From NCBI GenBank assembly GCA_030653935.1, contig JAURYL010000018.1:79268-143267 (forward strand): a stretch of 64,000 nucleotides of DNA, given 5' to 3'. Source of the stretch: Pseudomonadota bacterium (GTDB taxonomy: Bacteria; Pseudomonadota; Gammaproteobacteria; Burkholderiales; Thiobacillaceae). Position numbers and translations under genes: made by a program. The notes under the pieces were generated by a model that was not told the origin of the DNA, did not search any database, and worked only from the letters and a program-made list of their open reading frames with translations. The number at the start of each line of letters is the position of its first letter. Positions within the stretch are counted from its first letter, which is position 1. Of this stretch, positions 54,294 to 63,766 are shown piece by piece.

Positions 54294-57056
54294 ATGGAAC
54301 GCCGCGAATTCCTCAAAAGCACGGCCTTCTGCGGTCTGGCGCTTGCCTTCGGCGGGCCGCTCGCGCCCCTTTCCGCCCAAGCCGCCGGAACCCCATCCGC
54401 CCGCGCCTGGGAAGACCGCTATCGGCGCGAATTCCTCGATACGCGCGGCGACGCCATGGGCTTCGCCTTCCACTGCTCCAACTGCCAGGGCAACTGCGCC
54501 TGGAAGGTGTACGCCAAGGACGGCGTGGTCACCCGCGAAGAACAGTCCGCGTCTTATCCCGCCATCGCTGCGAATATTCCCGACGCCAACCCGCGCGGCT
54601 GCAACAAGGGCATCGTCCATTCCAAGCAGATGGTTCAGGCCGACCGCCTGCTCTACCCCATGAAGCGCGCGGGCAAGCGCGGCGAGGGCAAGTGGCAGCG
54701 GGTGACCTGGGACACCGCCATCGACGACATCGCCGCCCGCGTGGTCAACAGTTTGGACAAGCACGGCCTGGCCTCGCTGATGGTCTATTGCGGCACCGGC
54801 ATCCTTTCTCAGGGCCGTCGCGCCGGGCCGCTGCGCCTGGGTTCGCTCTTGGGCGCGCAACGTCTGTACCCAGCCAGCGCGGTCGGCGACATGTTCACCG
54901 GCGCATCGCTGGCTTATGGCCTGGCCACCGTGGGGCATACCCTGGACGCCTGGTTCGAGGCCAAAACGATCATCCTCTGGGGCATCAACCCGGCGGTGAC
55001 CCGCATCCCCGACGCCCATTACCTGATGGAGGCGCGCTACAACGGCGCCAAAATTTACTGCATCACCCCGGAGTACAACGCCAGCGTCAAGCTCGCCACC
55101 GACTGGCTGCCGGTGAAGGCGGGTACGGACAGCCACCTCGCCATGTCGCTGCTGCACGTGCTGTTCCGCGACAACCTGATCGACCGCGAGTTCGTGCGCG
55201 AGCAAACCGATCTGACCTTCCTGGTGCGAACTGACACCGGCGACCTGCTGCGCCACAAAGACCTCCGCGACAAGGGCAAGGACGACGTGTTCTATTGCTG
55301 GGATGAGGGTACCAGCGCGACCACCGGCTCGGCCCAGGCCATGCCCGGCACCCAGGGGCATTTCAAGAAATCGTTGCGTCTGGGCAAGCTGAAGCCCGCG
55401 CTGGAAGGCACTTGGCAGGTCAAGGGCAAGGACGGCGGCATGATCCCGGTGACCACCGTGTTCGAGCAGGCGCGGCGCGAGGCGCTGAAATTCCCGCCGG
55501 CCGAGACCCACAAGCTCACCGGCGTGCATCCCGATCTGGTGGAACGCATGGCCAAGGATTTGGCCAAGTCTGACAAGGCCATCATCAACATCGGTTTTTC
55601 GCTGCACAAATACGTCTCCGGCACCATGACCTGCTGGGCGGCGGCGCTGGCCTGCGCGCTCACCGGACATGCCGGCGAGCGCGGCGGGCTGGATACCGAG
55701 AACAACTGGAGCCTGGGCGGCATCGGCCCGCTGTCCAGCCCGAAGCCGGCGCGTTTCGCCTCCGGCTTTTTCAGCGAATGGATGAACGGCGGCATGGAAA
55801 AAACCATGCGCCAACACTATTCCGACGCCCATCTGAAAGAGACGGTCGGCCTTGATCACAAGGAGATCGGCGAACTGGCAGGACGCTACGGCGAGACCAG
55901 CGGCGCCTGGTTCGGCAAGCCGCGCGCGCTGCTGCTGTTCGCCGACAACCTGCTCAGGCGCAACAAGTCGGATGCGCATTACCGCCAGGCCTTCGTCGAG
56001 AGCCTGGACCTGTTCGTCGACGTCAACCACCGCATGGACAGCACCGCCCTGTGGGCCGACTACGTGCTGCCGGCCAAGAGCCAGTACGAAAGCTGGGATT
56101 TGCGAGGCGAGCTGGGCTACCACCGCTTCTGCAACATCACCGTACCGCCGCCGGGGTTGAAGCCCATCGGCGAAACCAAGTCGGAATGGGAAATCTGCCT
56201 GCTGTTCGCCCAGGCGATTTCCAGGGAAGCGAAGAAACGCGGCCTGACCGCCATCCCCGACCCCGACTTCCTGGAGACCAAGAACGACAAGGCCGCCCCG
56301 GTGATGCGCGACCTCGTCCACCTGCCGGACGACTTCACCAATCAGGGCACGCTGATGAATGACGAGGATGTGGTGCGCTGGCTGATGAAGAACGTCCCCG
56401 CCATCGCCCCGTGGACGCCGGAAGACGCGATGAAACACGGCTACGTCACGCTCAACCGCGAGGCCGGCTACAACTCGCCGCTCTACGCCAATCGGCCGTT
56501 CCACTCGTTCGAGAACAACGTCTACCTGCGCCAGCCCTACAAGACCCTGTCGGGTCGGCAGCAGTTCTATGTCGATCATCCGGTGTTCAAAAAACTGGGT
56601 TGCGCCACGCCCACGGCCATGCAGCCGGTGCGGCCGAAGAGCTTCCCGCTCGCGTTCTGGACCCCGCACACCCGCCACGGCATCCACTCGCAATGGCGCG
56701 CCAACACCCAACTGCTCAGGTTGCAGCGTGGCGAGCCCTACATCTGCCTCAACCCCGACACGGCCCGGCAACGCGGCATCCTGGAGGGCGATCCGGTGCG
56801 GGTATTCAACGACGTCGGCGAGTTCCAGGCCCGCGCCAAGCTCTCGTCCACGGCCCCGCCCGGCGCCGTGGTGCTTGACCACGCCTGGGAACCGTTCCAG
56901 TTCCGTGGCCGCCAGGGCTTGAACAGCGTGGTGGCGGGCCTGCTCTCGCCGCTGGAGCTGGTCGATGGCTGGGGCCACCTCAAGTTCAACCCCAACTGGG
57001 ACGGCAACATGATCGCCTTCGAGTCGGCGGTGGAAGTCGAGAAGGTGGCGGCATGA
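54294..57056 (+). CDS. type II DMSO-reductase-family molybdopterin oxidoreductase, catalytic alpha subunit (Tat-exported), substrate unknown
   Basis: The Tat motif is MERREFLKSTAF...AQA. The FS0 ligand pattern HCSNCQGNCAW (Hx3Cx3C) is as in NarG/EbdA/SerA/DdhA. 920 aa. Confidence 0.85.
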   Translation: MERREFLKSTAFCGLALAFGGPLAPLSAQAAGTPSARAWEDRYRREFLDTRGDAMGFAFHCSNCQGNCAWKVYAKDGVVTREEQSASYPAIAANIPDANPRGCNKGIVHSKQMVQADRLLYPMKRAGKRGEGKWQRVTWDTAIDDIAARVVNSLDKHGLASLMVYCGTGILSQGRRAGPLRLGSLLGAQRLYPASAVGDMFTGASLAYGLATVGHTLDAWFEAKTIILWGINPAVTRIPDAHYLMEARYNGAKIYCITPEYNASVKLATDWLPVKAGTDSHLAMSLLHVLFRDNLIDREFVREQTDLTFLVRTDTGDLLRHKDLRDKGKDDVFYCWDEGTSATTGSAQAMPGTQGHFKKSLRLGKLKPALEGTWQVKGKDGGMIPVTTVFEQARREALKFPPAETHKLTGVHPDLVERMAKDLAKSDKAIINIGFSLHKYVSGTMTCWAAALACALTGHAGERGGLDTENNWSLGGIGPLSSPKPARFASGFFSEWMNGGMEKTMRQHYSDAHLKETVGLDHKEIGELAGRYGETSGAWFGKPRALLLFADNLLRRNKSDAHYRQAFVESLDLFVDVNHRMDSTALWADYVLPAKSQYESWDLRGELGYHRFCNITVPPPGLKPIGETKSEWEICLLFAQAISREAKKRGLTAIPDPDFLETKNDKAAPVMRDLVHLPDDFTNQGTLMNDEDVVRWLMKNVPAIAPWTPEDAMKHGYVTLNREAGYNSPLYANRPFHSFENNVYLRQPYKTLSGRQQFYVDHPVFKKLGCATPTAMQPVRPKSFPLAFWTPHTRHGIHSQWRANTQLLRLQRGEPYICLNPDTARQRGILEGDPVRVFNDVGEFQARAKLSSTAPPGAVVLDHAWEPFQFRGRQGLNSVVAGLLSPLELVDGWGHLKFNPNWDGNMIAFESAVEVEKVAA

Positions 57057-57065
57057 GACAAAGTC

Positions 57066-57139
57066 GTAGGTTGGGCAAAGCGCAGCGTGCCCAACAACCC
57101 GCCGCAATGTTGGGCACGCTGCGCTTTGCCCAACCTACG
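57066..57139. repeat. palindromic REP (GTAGGTTGGGCAAAGCGCAGCGTGCCCAAC family), copy 4, between the alpha and beta genes
   Basis: gtaggttgggcaaagcgcagcgtgcccaaca...gttgggcacgctgcgctttgcccaacctac. Confidence 0.75.
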
Positions 57140-57177
57140 CCGCAACCTACGTTTCACCTTGCCAATCAGGGAACAAC

Positions 57178-58176
57178 ATGAGCACACGCCAGCTCGGCAT
57201 GGTCATCGACCTCAACAAATGCATCGGCTGCCAGACCTGCACCCTGGCCTGCAAATCGCAATGGACGGATCGCGGCGGACGCGAGTTCATGTACTGGAAC
57301 CACGTCGAAACCAAGCCCGGCCAGGGCTACCCACGTCGGTGGGAAGAAGCTGGCGGCGGCTGGGAGGGTGAAACTTTGAAACCCGGTCGCCTGCCGCGCC
57401 TGGCCGAGGACTACGGCGTCCCCGCCGACTTCAATTTCGAATCGACCCTGTTCCAGCCCAGCGACCAGCCCCTGCGGCCCCTGGAGGCGATGCGATGGGG
57501 GCCGAACTGGGAGGAGGACCAGGGCGCCGGGGAATTCCCCAACGGCTATTTCTTCTACCTGCCTCGCCTGTGCAACCACTGCTCCAACCCCGCCTGCCTC
57601 GCCGCCTGCCCGCGCCAGGCCATCTACAAGCGCGAGGAAGACGGCATCGTGCTGATCGACCAGGAGCGCTGCCGGGGCTACCGCTACTGCGTCGCCGCCT
57701 GCCCGTACAAGAAGATCTACTTCAACCCGCTGGCCGGCAAATCGGAGAAGTGCATCTTCTGCTACCCGCGTGTCGAGAAAGGCATCCCCCAGGCCTGCGC
57801 CTACCAGTGCGTCGGCCGGGCGCGGCATGTGGCTTATTTCGACGACCCCGAAGGCGCCCTCCACCAGCTAGTCAATGTCTGGAAGGTAGCCCTGCCGCTA
57901 CATCCGGAATACGGCACCCAGCCCAACGTCTACTACGTGCCGCCGTTGTCGCCGCCCACTTTCGCTGCCGACGGCAAACCCACCGGCGCGCCGCGCATCC
58001 CGGACGACTACCTGCGCCAGTTGTTCGGACCGGCGGTGGACGCGGCGCTGGATGTCCTGCAAGGCGAGATCGCGAAGAAGGAAAAGGGCGGCGAGTCGGC
58101 CCTGATGGACCTGCTCATCGCCTACCGCCACGGCGACATGTTCCGGCTGAGTCGGCCGGAAGGAGGCCAGTCATGA
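57178..58176 (+). CDS. type II DMSO-reductase-family iron-sulfur beta subunit (NarH/EbdB/DdhB-like)
   Basis: DLNKCIGCQTCTLACK, LPRLCNHCSNPACLAACP, CRGYRYCVAACPY and KCIFCYPR form the four ferredoxin-type Cys groups. Confidence 0.9.
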   Translation: MSTRQLGMVIDLNKCIGCQTCTLACKSQWTDRGGREFMYWNHVETKPGQGYPRRWEEAGGGWEGETLKPGRLPRLAEDYGVPADFNFESTLFQPSDQPLRPLEAMRWGPNWEEDQGAGEFPNGYFFYLPRLCNHCSNPACLAACPRQAIYKREEDGIVLIDQERCRGYRYCVAACPYKKIYFNPLAGKSEKCIFCYPRVEKGIPQACAYQCVGRARHVAYFDDPEGALHQLVNVWKVALPLHPEYGTQPNVYYVPPLSPPTFAADGKPTGAPRIPDDYLRQLFGPAVDAALDVLQGEIAKKEKGGESALMDLLIAYRHGDMFRLSRPEGGQS

Positions 58177-59177
58177 GCCGGGCGCGGGGGTGGTTGCTGT
58201 CAAAAGATGCCGGCGGGGACGCCGGCGCTACATGGGGCCGCGCGTTGGTGTGGCTCCTGCTCCTGTTCGCCGCCCCGGCATGGGCCGCATCCGAATGGAC
58301 GATCCCGGTCGGCGAGAGTGCCGGCCCGCCGCCCCTCGACCCTCTCGATGCCGCCTGGACAGGGGCACCGGCCGCAGCCGTGCCGCTGTATCCCCAGGCC
58401 ACGGCGCCGGGCGGGTTATCGCGGGCATACCCTAAAGGGCACAAGAGCCCACTCCTACAGGAAGCGCGCGTGTTGCGCGGCGGCGGCAAGCTGGCGCTGC
58501 GCCTGGCCTGGCCGGACGCCACGGCGGACCTGGCCGACCCACGCGCCACCGACCGCTTCGCCGACGCGGCGGCGGTCCAGTTTGCCCCGGTAGACGCCAC
58601 GCTACCCTATGTCGGCATGGGCGAACCCGGCCGGCCGGTACGGGTCTGGCTCTGGCGTGCCGGCCGGCCGGCGGAAAGCCTGACGGCGCAAGGCTTCGGC
58701 AGCCTGGCTCGGCAACCGAATGAAGCCGTCGAGGCCCAGGCCCGGCGCACGGCGACGGGCTGGGCGGTAGTACTGCGCGGCAAGGAATCCGCCGACCGGC
58801 CCGCCGCCGTCGCCTTCGCCACCTGGGACGGCGCCGAGGAGGGTCGCGCCGGCCGCAAGCGGCTGTCCGCCTGGCGCGCGCTGGCAGGTATGGAACCGGA
58901 CGGCAAATTGCTGGAAGAGGCGCGCGTCGGCGGCGACCCCGCACGCGGCGCCAGCCTGTACGCCGAGCACGGCTGCGCGGCCTGCCATACCGCTGGCGTG
59001 GGCCTGGGTCCCAACCTCACCCACGCCGGCGGCATCCATTGGCCCGGCTACCTGCGCCGTGCCCTGCTCGAACCCACCGCCTTCGTGGTGCCGGGCTACG
59101 CGGCGATCATGCCCGCCCCGCCGCTACGGCCGGAGGAGACGGACGATCTGGTGGCGTATTTGCTGACTTTGCATTGA
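58173..59177 (+). CDS. gamma subunit: EB_dh-like haem b domain fused to a C-terminal monohaem cytochrome c
   Basis: ATG 58173 overlaps the beta stop as ATGA. Signal peptide, then LPYVGMGEPGRPVRVWLW and GRKRLSAW, which resemble the Met/Lys haem-b ligand regions of EbdC/DdhC-type subunits. The C-terminal CAACH haem c site lies downstream. Confidence 0.7.
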   Translation: MSRARGWLLSKDAGGDAGATWGRALVWLLLLFAAPAWAASEWTIPVGESAGPPPLDPLDAAWTGAPAAAVPLYPQATAPGGLSRAYPKGHKSPLLQEARVLRGGGKLALRLAWPDATADLADPRATDRFADAAAVQFAPVDATLPYVGMGEPGRPVRVWLWRAGRPAESLTAQGFGSLARQPNEAVEAQARRTATGWAVVLRGKESADRPAAVAFATWDGAEEGRAGRKRLSAWRALAGMEPDGKLLEEARVGGDPARGASLYAEHGCAACHTAGVGLGPNLTHAGGIHWPGYLRRALLEPTAFVVPGYAAIMPAPPLRPEETDDLVAYLLTLH

Positions 59178-59195
59178 GTAGAGAAGGAGTGGTCA

Positions 59196-59516
59196 ATGAG
59201 CATCGCAGTCCGCGTCATTTCCCAGAAGCCACCCGGTGGCCGCTGCACCCTGTACGCCGGTTACGCCGACGTGCTCGAACGCCACCTGGAGGCGCGCGCC
59301 GAACTGGTCTTCACCACGACGCGCGATGCCCACGGCGAGGGTTTCCCCAGCCTCTGGCTGAACGGCGCGGCCGTCTTGCCCGAGGATGGGGTGATCCTGA
59401 TGCCGGCCGATATTCTGGCCGGCCTGAAATCGCACGGCTTGACGGAGGAGGCCATGCCGGGCCTGATCGAGGCGCTTGAGGCACCGCTGGATCGCATGCT
59501 GGAAGTGGAAGGTTGA
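59196..59516 (+). CDS. hypothetical protein (106 aa) downstream of the gamma subunit
   Basis: A strong GAAGGAG RBS precedes it. No motif I recognise, and it is too short for a NarJ/DdhD-type chaperone. Confidence 0.5.
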   Translation: MSIAVRVISQKPPGGRCTLYAGYADVLERHLEARAELVFTTTRDAHGEGFPSLWLNGAAVLPEDGVILMPADILAGLKSHGLTEEAMPGLIEALEAPLDRMLEVEG

Positions 59517-59530
59517 AAAGGAGACGAATC

Positions 59531-59947
59531 ATGGAAACGAAAAAAACGGTGTCGGTGATGTGCTTCCACGACGAACTGTGCCAGGTGTTCAACGCCATGA
59601 TGACGGCGCTGTCCCTGCTCAGGGAGGGCGCGAAAGTCACGGTCTACTTCGGTTCGCGCGGGGTCAACGCGCTGCACAAGGACAAGGTGGGCAAGCTGCA
59701 ATGCCTGCCGGACCAGCCGGAAGTGGGCGAGATGGTCATGAAGCGGATGGACGAACTGGATGTGCCCCTGGTGGAAGACCTGTTTTTCATGTTCATCCAC
59801 GAGGGCGGCCAAGTGCTGGCCTGTCCGCTCAACGTGCCGCTGTTCGGCATGAGCGAGCGCGATCTGATCGACGGCGCCAAGCTCGCCGAGCCGGCCCGCT
59901 ATTACAAGGAAGTCGTGATGCGGGCGGACATGAACTTGACTTTTTGA
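59531..59947 (+). CDS. DsrE/DsrF/DrsH-like (DrsE_2-type) protein
   Basis: AAGGAG RBS. KKTVSVMCFHDELCQVFNAMMTALSLLREGAKVTVYFGSRGVNAL...ACPLN resembles the DrsE_2 family pattern. Confidence 0.6.
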   Translation: METKKTVSVMCFHDELCQVFNAMMTALSLLREGAKVTVYFGSRGVNALHKDKVGKLQCLPDQPEVGEMVMKRMDELDVPLVEDLFFMFIHEGGQVLACPLNVPLFGMSERDLIDGAKLAEPARYYKEVVMRADMNLTF

Positions 59948-60038
59948 TTTGAATACCCGCCCGCACAAACGGCGGGATGCCGCACGGCCCGAATCTCGGG
60001 CCTCACAAGTTGTAAACCTACCCTTTAGGAGTTGGACC

Positions 60039-60542
60039 ATGTATTTGAATACGCTGCGCACTACGACTTTCATTGCCACCCTGTTTGCCCTGGTTTTTTC
60101 TTTAAGTGTTTCCGCCGTCGAACTGAATGATCGACATGCCCTTAGCGGCGTGAAAAGCGGCAAGGCCTTGTTCGATATCGCTACCGGCAATCCGAATGCG
60201 ATGGTGATTACGCTCGACATCGTTGGGGAAACCATCGATGGCTTGAAGCGCAACGGGGTCGAACCGGAAATCGTCATCGCCTTCCGTGGACCGGCGGTGC
60301 GCTTTCTGAGTGGCGACAGCGCCCGTATCCCGCCGGAACACGCCGCCACCGCGATGGAACTGGCAACCCGCATCGAACAACTTGCTGCGCGCGGAGTGCG
60401 TATCGAAGCCTGTGGAATCACGATGCGCATGATGAAAATGGACAACGCGACGCTGGTAAAAGGGGTGCAGCCGGTGGCCAACACCTTCAATTCTCTGATC
60501 GGTTACCAGGCCAAGGGCTACGCCTTGATTCCGATTTTCTGA
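60039..60542 (+). CDS. exported DsrE-like (COG1416-type) protein
   Basis: AGGAG RBS and a signal peptide ending SVSA. KALFDIATGNP...IVIAFRGPAVRFL...IEACGITM...GYALIPIF. Confidence 0.6.
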   Translation: MYLNTLRTTTFIATLFALVFSLSVSAVELNDRHALSGVKSGKALFDIATGNPNAMVITLDIVGETIDGLKRNGVEPEIVIAFRGPAVRFLSGDSARIPPEHAATAMELATRIEQLAARGVRIEACGITMRMMKMDNATLVKGVQPVANTFNSLIGYQAKGYALIPIF

Positions 60543-60646
60543 TTATTTCCCTGCGGGAATGGGTCGGGATTCGGCCCGTCTCATGACCGTGCAGACGTGT
60601 CCGCCGGACACGCGGGCCAGGAAATCGAATAAACCAGGAGGCACAT

Positions 60647-61816
60647 ATGGCAAACGAAAAAACGGTGTTGATCCTCGGTGGCGGTGTCGGCGGCGTGGTG
60701 GCTGCCACCCGTTTGCGCCAACGACTGCCGCGCGAACACCGTGTGGTGCTGGTGGAGCGGGCGGCGGCATTCGTCTTCCAGTCGGCTTTCCTGCGGCTGA
60801 TGACGGGGCAACGCACACGGGCGGCGATCTCGCGGCCGTTGGCGAACCTGGAGAAGCGCGGCATCGAGGTCATCCGGGGCGAGGTCGAGGCCATCGATCC
60901 GGATCGGCGCAGCGCACGCGTCAACGGCCAGGAACTGGCGGGCGACTATCTGGTGCTTGCCCTGGGTGCCGAACTGGCCTCGGACGCCGTGCCCGGCCTC
61001 ACCGAGGCGGGCATCAATCTCTATACCCCGGAAGGTGCTACGCAGCTGAACGAGGCGCGCCAGGCGATCCGCAGCGGGCACGTTGTTGTACGCCTGGCCA
61101 TGCTGGTGTGCGCCACGCCGTTCAAATGTCCGGCCGCGCCCTACGAGGCGGCCATGCTGCTCGACGCCGATCTGCGTCGGCGCGGATTGCGCGCTGCCGT
61201 CGCCATCGACCTGTACACGCCGGAGCCCGGCCCGATGGGCGCGGCGGGACCGGAGATTTCCAGGCAAGTGCGGCAAATGGTCGAGGCCAAGGGCATCGGC
61301 TACCACCCCGAACACGCCGTAACCGGGGTGGACGCTTTGATAAAGCAATTGCGCTTCGCCAATGGCGCAACGGCTGACTTCGATTTGCTGGTTTATGTGC
61401 CGCCGCACCGCGCCCCGCTCTGCGCGCGCGAGGCGGGCCTGTGCGGCGCGAATGGCTGGATCGAGGTGGACCGCGCCACCCTGGCGACCCGTTTCCCCGG
61501 CATTTACGCCATCGGCGACGCCGTCGGCATTTCGCTGACCACCGGCAAGCCCCTGCCCAAGGCCGCCGTGTTCGCCCAGGCTCAGGCCGAGACGGTGGCG
61601 CGCAATATCGCCGATCTGATCGAGGGCCGCCCAGCGGCAAATCACTTCGAAGGCCATGGTGCCTGTTTTCTGGAAATCGGCGACGGCCGCGCCGGCTTCG
61701 GCAGCGGCAATTTCTACGCCGAACCCGCGCCCGCCATCACCATGAAACCGCCTGGGCGTCTGATGCACTGGGCCAAGGCGGCGTATGAGAAATACTGGCT
61801 GTACAAGTGGTTCTGA
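60647..61816 (+). CDS. FAD-dependent pyridine nucleotide-disulfide oxidoreductase, sulfide:quinone oxidoreductase (SQR)-like
   Basis: The dinucleotide fold is VLILGGGVGGVVAA. FKCPAAPYEAAMLLD and IYAIGDA are typical of the SQR/FCSD superfamily. Confidence 0.75.
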   Translation: MANEKTVLILGGGVGGVVAATRLRQRLPREHRVVLVERAAAFVFQSAFLRLMTGQRTRAAISRPLANLEKRGIEVIRGEVEAIDPDRRSARVNGQELAGDYLVLALGAELASDAVPGLTEAGINLYTPEGATQLNEARQAIRSGHVVVRLAMLVCATPFKCPAAPYEAAMLLDADLRRRGLRAAVAIDLYTPEPGPMGAAGPEISRQVRQMVEAKGIGYHPEHAVTGVDALIKQLRFANGATADFDLLVYVPPHRAPLCAREAGLCGANGWIEVDRATLATRFPGIYAIGDAVGISLTTGKPLPKAAVFAQAQAETVARNIADLIEGRPAANHFEGHGACFLEIGDGRAGFGSGNFYAEPAPAITMKPPGRLMHWAKAAYEKYWLYKWF

Positions 61817-61857
61817 GTCACCGATTCATTCCTATCCCTTGGTTACGGAGCAACCTC

Positions 61858-63039
61858 ATGACGACCCAACCCGCCGCCCTCGCTACCCGCTGCGTCCACG
61901 CCGGTGAACTCGACGATCCGCACGGCTCGCCGCATACGCCGATCTATACGACGACAACCTTCAAGTTTCCTTCCACCGCCGCGGTTCTGGATGTGGTGGA
62001 AGGGCGCAAGGCGGGGGCGCTCTATACCCGCTACGGAATGAACCCGACCATCCAGGCCCTGGAGGAAAAACTCGCCGCTCTGGAAGACGCGGAAGCCGCC
62101 TGGGCGTTCTGCTCCGGCATGGCGGCGGAGTCGGCCCTGTTCCTCACCTACGGACGAACCGGCATCGTCTGTCTGGGGGATGCCTACGGCGGCACCCTGG
62201 AACTGTTGTCCACACAATTGCCGACCCTGGGCATCCCCGGGTATTTCCTGCTGGGCGACGAGCTGGACGCGCTGCCTTCGCTGCTCAAGCGCGGCGCCGG
62301 ACTGGTGTTCTTCGAAACGCCGACCAACCCGACCCTGGAACAGTTCGACATCGCCGCGATCAGCGAAATCGCCCATGCCCATGGCGCTTTCGTGGCGGTG
62401 GACAACACTTTCGCCTCGCCGGTGAACCAGAACCCCCTGGCCCTGGGCGCGGATTTCGTGGTGCACAGCGCCACCAAGTACCTGGGAGGCCATTCCGATC
62501 TGACCGCCGGGGCGTTGATGGGCGCGAAAAATGCCCTGGTGCCGGTGTGGAGCTGGCGCAAGAACCTGGGCCAGACCATCGCTCCGGAGATCGCCGCGCA
62601 GCTCGCCCGCAGCCTGCGCAGCCTGCCGGTACGGGTGGAACGGCAGAACGCCACGGCCATGAAACTGGCCCAGGCGATGCAATCCCACCCCGGCGTGGCG
62701 CGGGTGCTTTATCCCGGCCTGCCGGATTTTCCCGGCTTTGATCTGGCGAAACGGCAGATGCGGGGCTTTGGTGGCATGTTGACCATCGAGATCAAAGGAG
62801 GAGGCGAGTGTGGGAAAAACAGTGCCACCCGAGTCGCGGACAAGCTGAAATTGTTTGCCCTGGCCCCTTCTCTGGGCGGCGTCGAAAGTTTGGTGACCCA
62901 GCCCTGCACCACCACCCACCACGGCCTGACCCCGGAAGAACGCGCCCGGCGCGGCATTTCCGACGCCATGCTGCGCCTGTCTGTGGGACTGGAGGACGCG
63001 GACGATCTGATCGCCGACCTGGAGCGGGCGCTCGCCTGA
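61858..63039 (+). CDS. Cys/Met-metabolism PLP-dependent enzyme (cystathionine gamma-synthase/lyase family)
   Basis: TRCVHAGE...PIYTTTTF...YTRYGMNPT...VVHSATKYLGGHSD, which carries the PLP lysine. Confidence 0.85.
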   Translation: MTTQPAALATRCVHAGELDDPHGSPHTPIYTTTTFKFPSTAAVLDVVEGRKAGALYTRYGMNPTIQALEEKLAALEDAEAAWAFCSGMAAESALFLTYGRTGIVCLGDAYGGTLELLSTQLPTLGIPGYFLLGDELDALPSLLKRGAGLVFFETPTNPTLEQFDIAAISEIAHAHGAFVAVDNTFASPVNQNPLALGADFVVHSATKYLGGHSDLTAGALMGAKNALVPVWSWRKNLGQTIAPEIAAQLARSLRSLPVRVERQNATAMKLAQAMQSHPGVARVLYPGLPDFPGFDLAKRQMRGFGGMLTIEIKGGGECGKNSATRVADKLKLFALAPSLGGVESLVTQPCTTTHHGLTPEERARRGISDAMLRLSVGLEDADDLIADLERALA

Positions 63040-63045
63040 ATTTTC

Positions 63046-63759
63046 ATGTGCGAGCTGTTCGGCCTGTCCGCCCATCGCCCGCTCGCCGGGTGGGAACTGC
63101 CTCTGACCGCGTTTCGCGACCGGGGCGGCGGCGTGGCCGACAATCCCGACGGCTGGGGCATGGCCTGGCGGGTGGGTAGCGGCTTCCAACTGGAGAAGGA
63201 AGCCGCGCCCGCCTGCCGCAGTGCGCGGTTCGCTGAACTGCTCAGGACTTGGCGCGGCGATCTCGCCATCGCCCATGTGCGCAAGGCCAAATACCCACCC
63301 ATCAACACCCCGGCCAACACCCACCCCTTCCTGCAGGATTGCTGCGCACGCCGCTGGGCCTTCGCGCATAACGGCCTGGTGCCCGACGTCGTCGCCCTGG
63401 AGTCGGCCAGCGACGGGCGGGTCTGCCGGCCCGAGGGGGAGACGGATTCAGAATTCGCCTTTTGCCATCTGCTCGCCCAGGTCACGCCGCGCTTCGGCAC
63501 CCCCGACTGGCTGAACGGGCTGTCCAGAAGCAGCGAGGAAATCGCCCGACTCGGCCAGTTCAATTTTCTCTTGTCCGAAGGTGAGCACCTGATCGCCTAC
63601 GGACATGATCGTCTGCATTACCTGGAGTCCGCTGTGGGCGTCGTCCTGATCGCCACCGAGCCATTGAGCCATCACGCCGGCTGGACGCCTTTCGTGCCGG
63701 GCGAGCTGCGCATCTACCGCGATGGACGACGCATCCAACTTTCCCGCATCCCGACCTGA
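63046..63759 (+). CDS. class II (Ntn) glutamine amidotransferase, YafJ/EgtC-like
   Basis: MCELFGLSA provides the N-terminal Cys nucleophile. NPDGWG and HVRKA...NTHPF are also present. Confidence 0.75.
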   Translation: MCELFGLSAHRPLAGWELPLTAFRDRGGGVADNPDGWGMAWRVGSGFQLEKEAAPACRSARFAELLRTWRGDLAIAHVRKAKYPPINTPANTHPFLQDCCARRWAFAHNGLVPDVVALESASDGRVCRPEGETDSEFAFCHLLAQVTPRFGTPDWLNGLSRSSEEIARLGQFNFLLSEGEHLIAYGHDRLHYLESAVGVVLIATEPLSHHAGWTPFVPGELRIYRDGRRIQLSRIPT

Positions 63760-63766
63760 CCTGACC

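Noticed and set aside
53439-57107. 1222-aa minus-strand ORF spanning the rhodanese and molybdoenzyme alpha genes
   Set aside because: Antisense shadow of two well-supported plus-strand genes. It crosses their intergenic gap and has low-complexity Gly/Ala/Arg composition.
57495-59177. 560-aa ORF suggesting a much larger gamma subunit
   Set aside because: The first 226 or so codons are an out-of-frame overlap with the iron-sulfur beta gene. A good GGAGG RBS, the ATGA junction at 58173 and a signal peptide define the real start.
59196-59516. The 106-aa ORF as the missing NarJ/DdhD-type assembly chaperone
   Set aside because: It is about half the length of known system-specific chaperones and has no recognisable similarity by eye. 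It is left as hypothetical.
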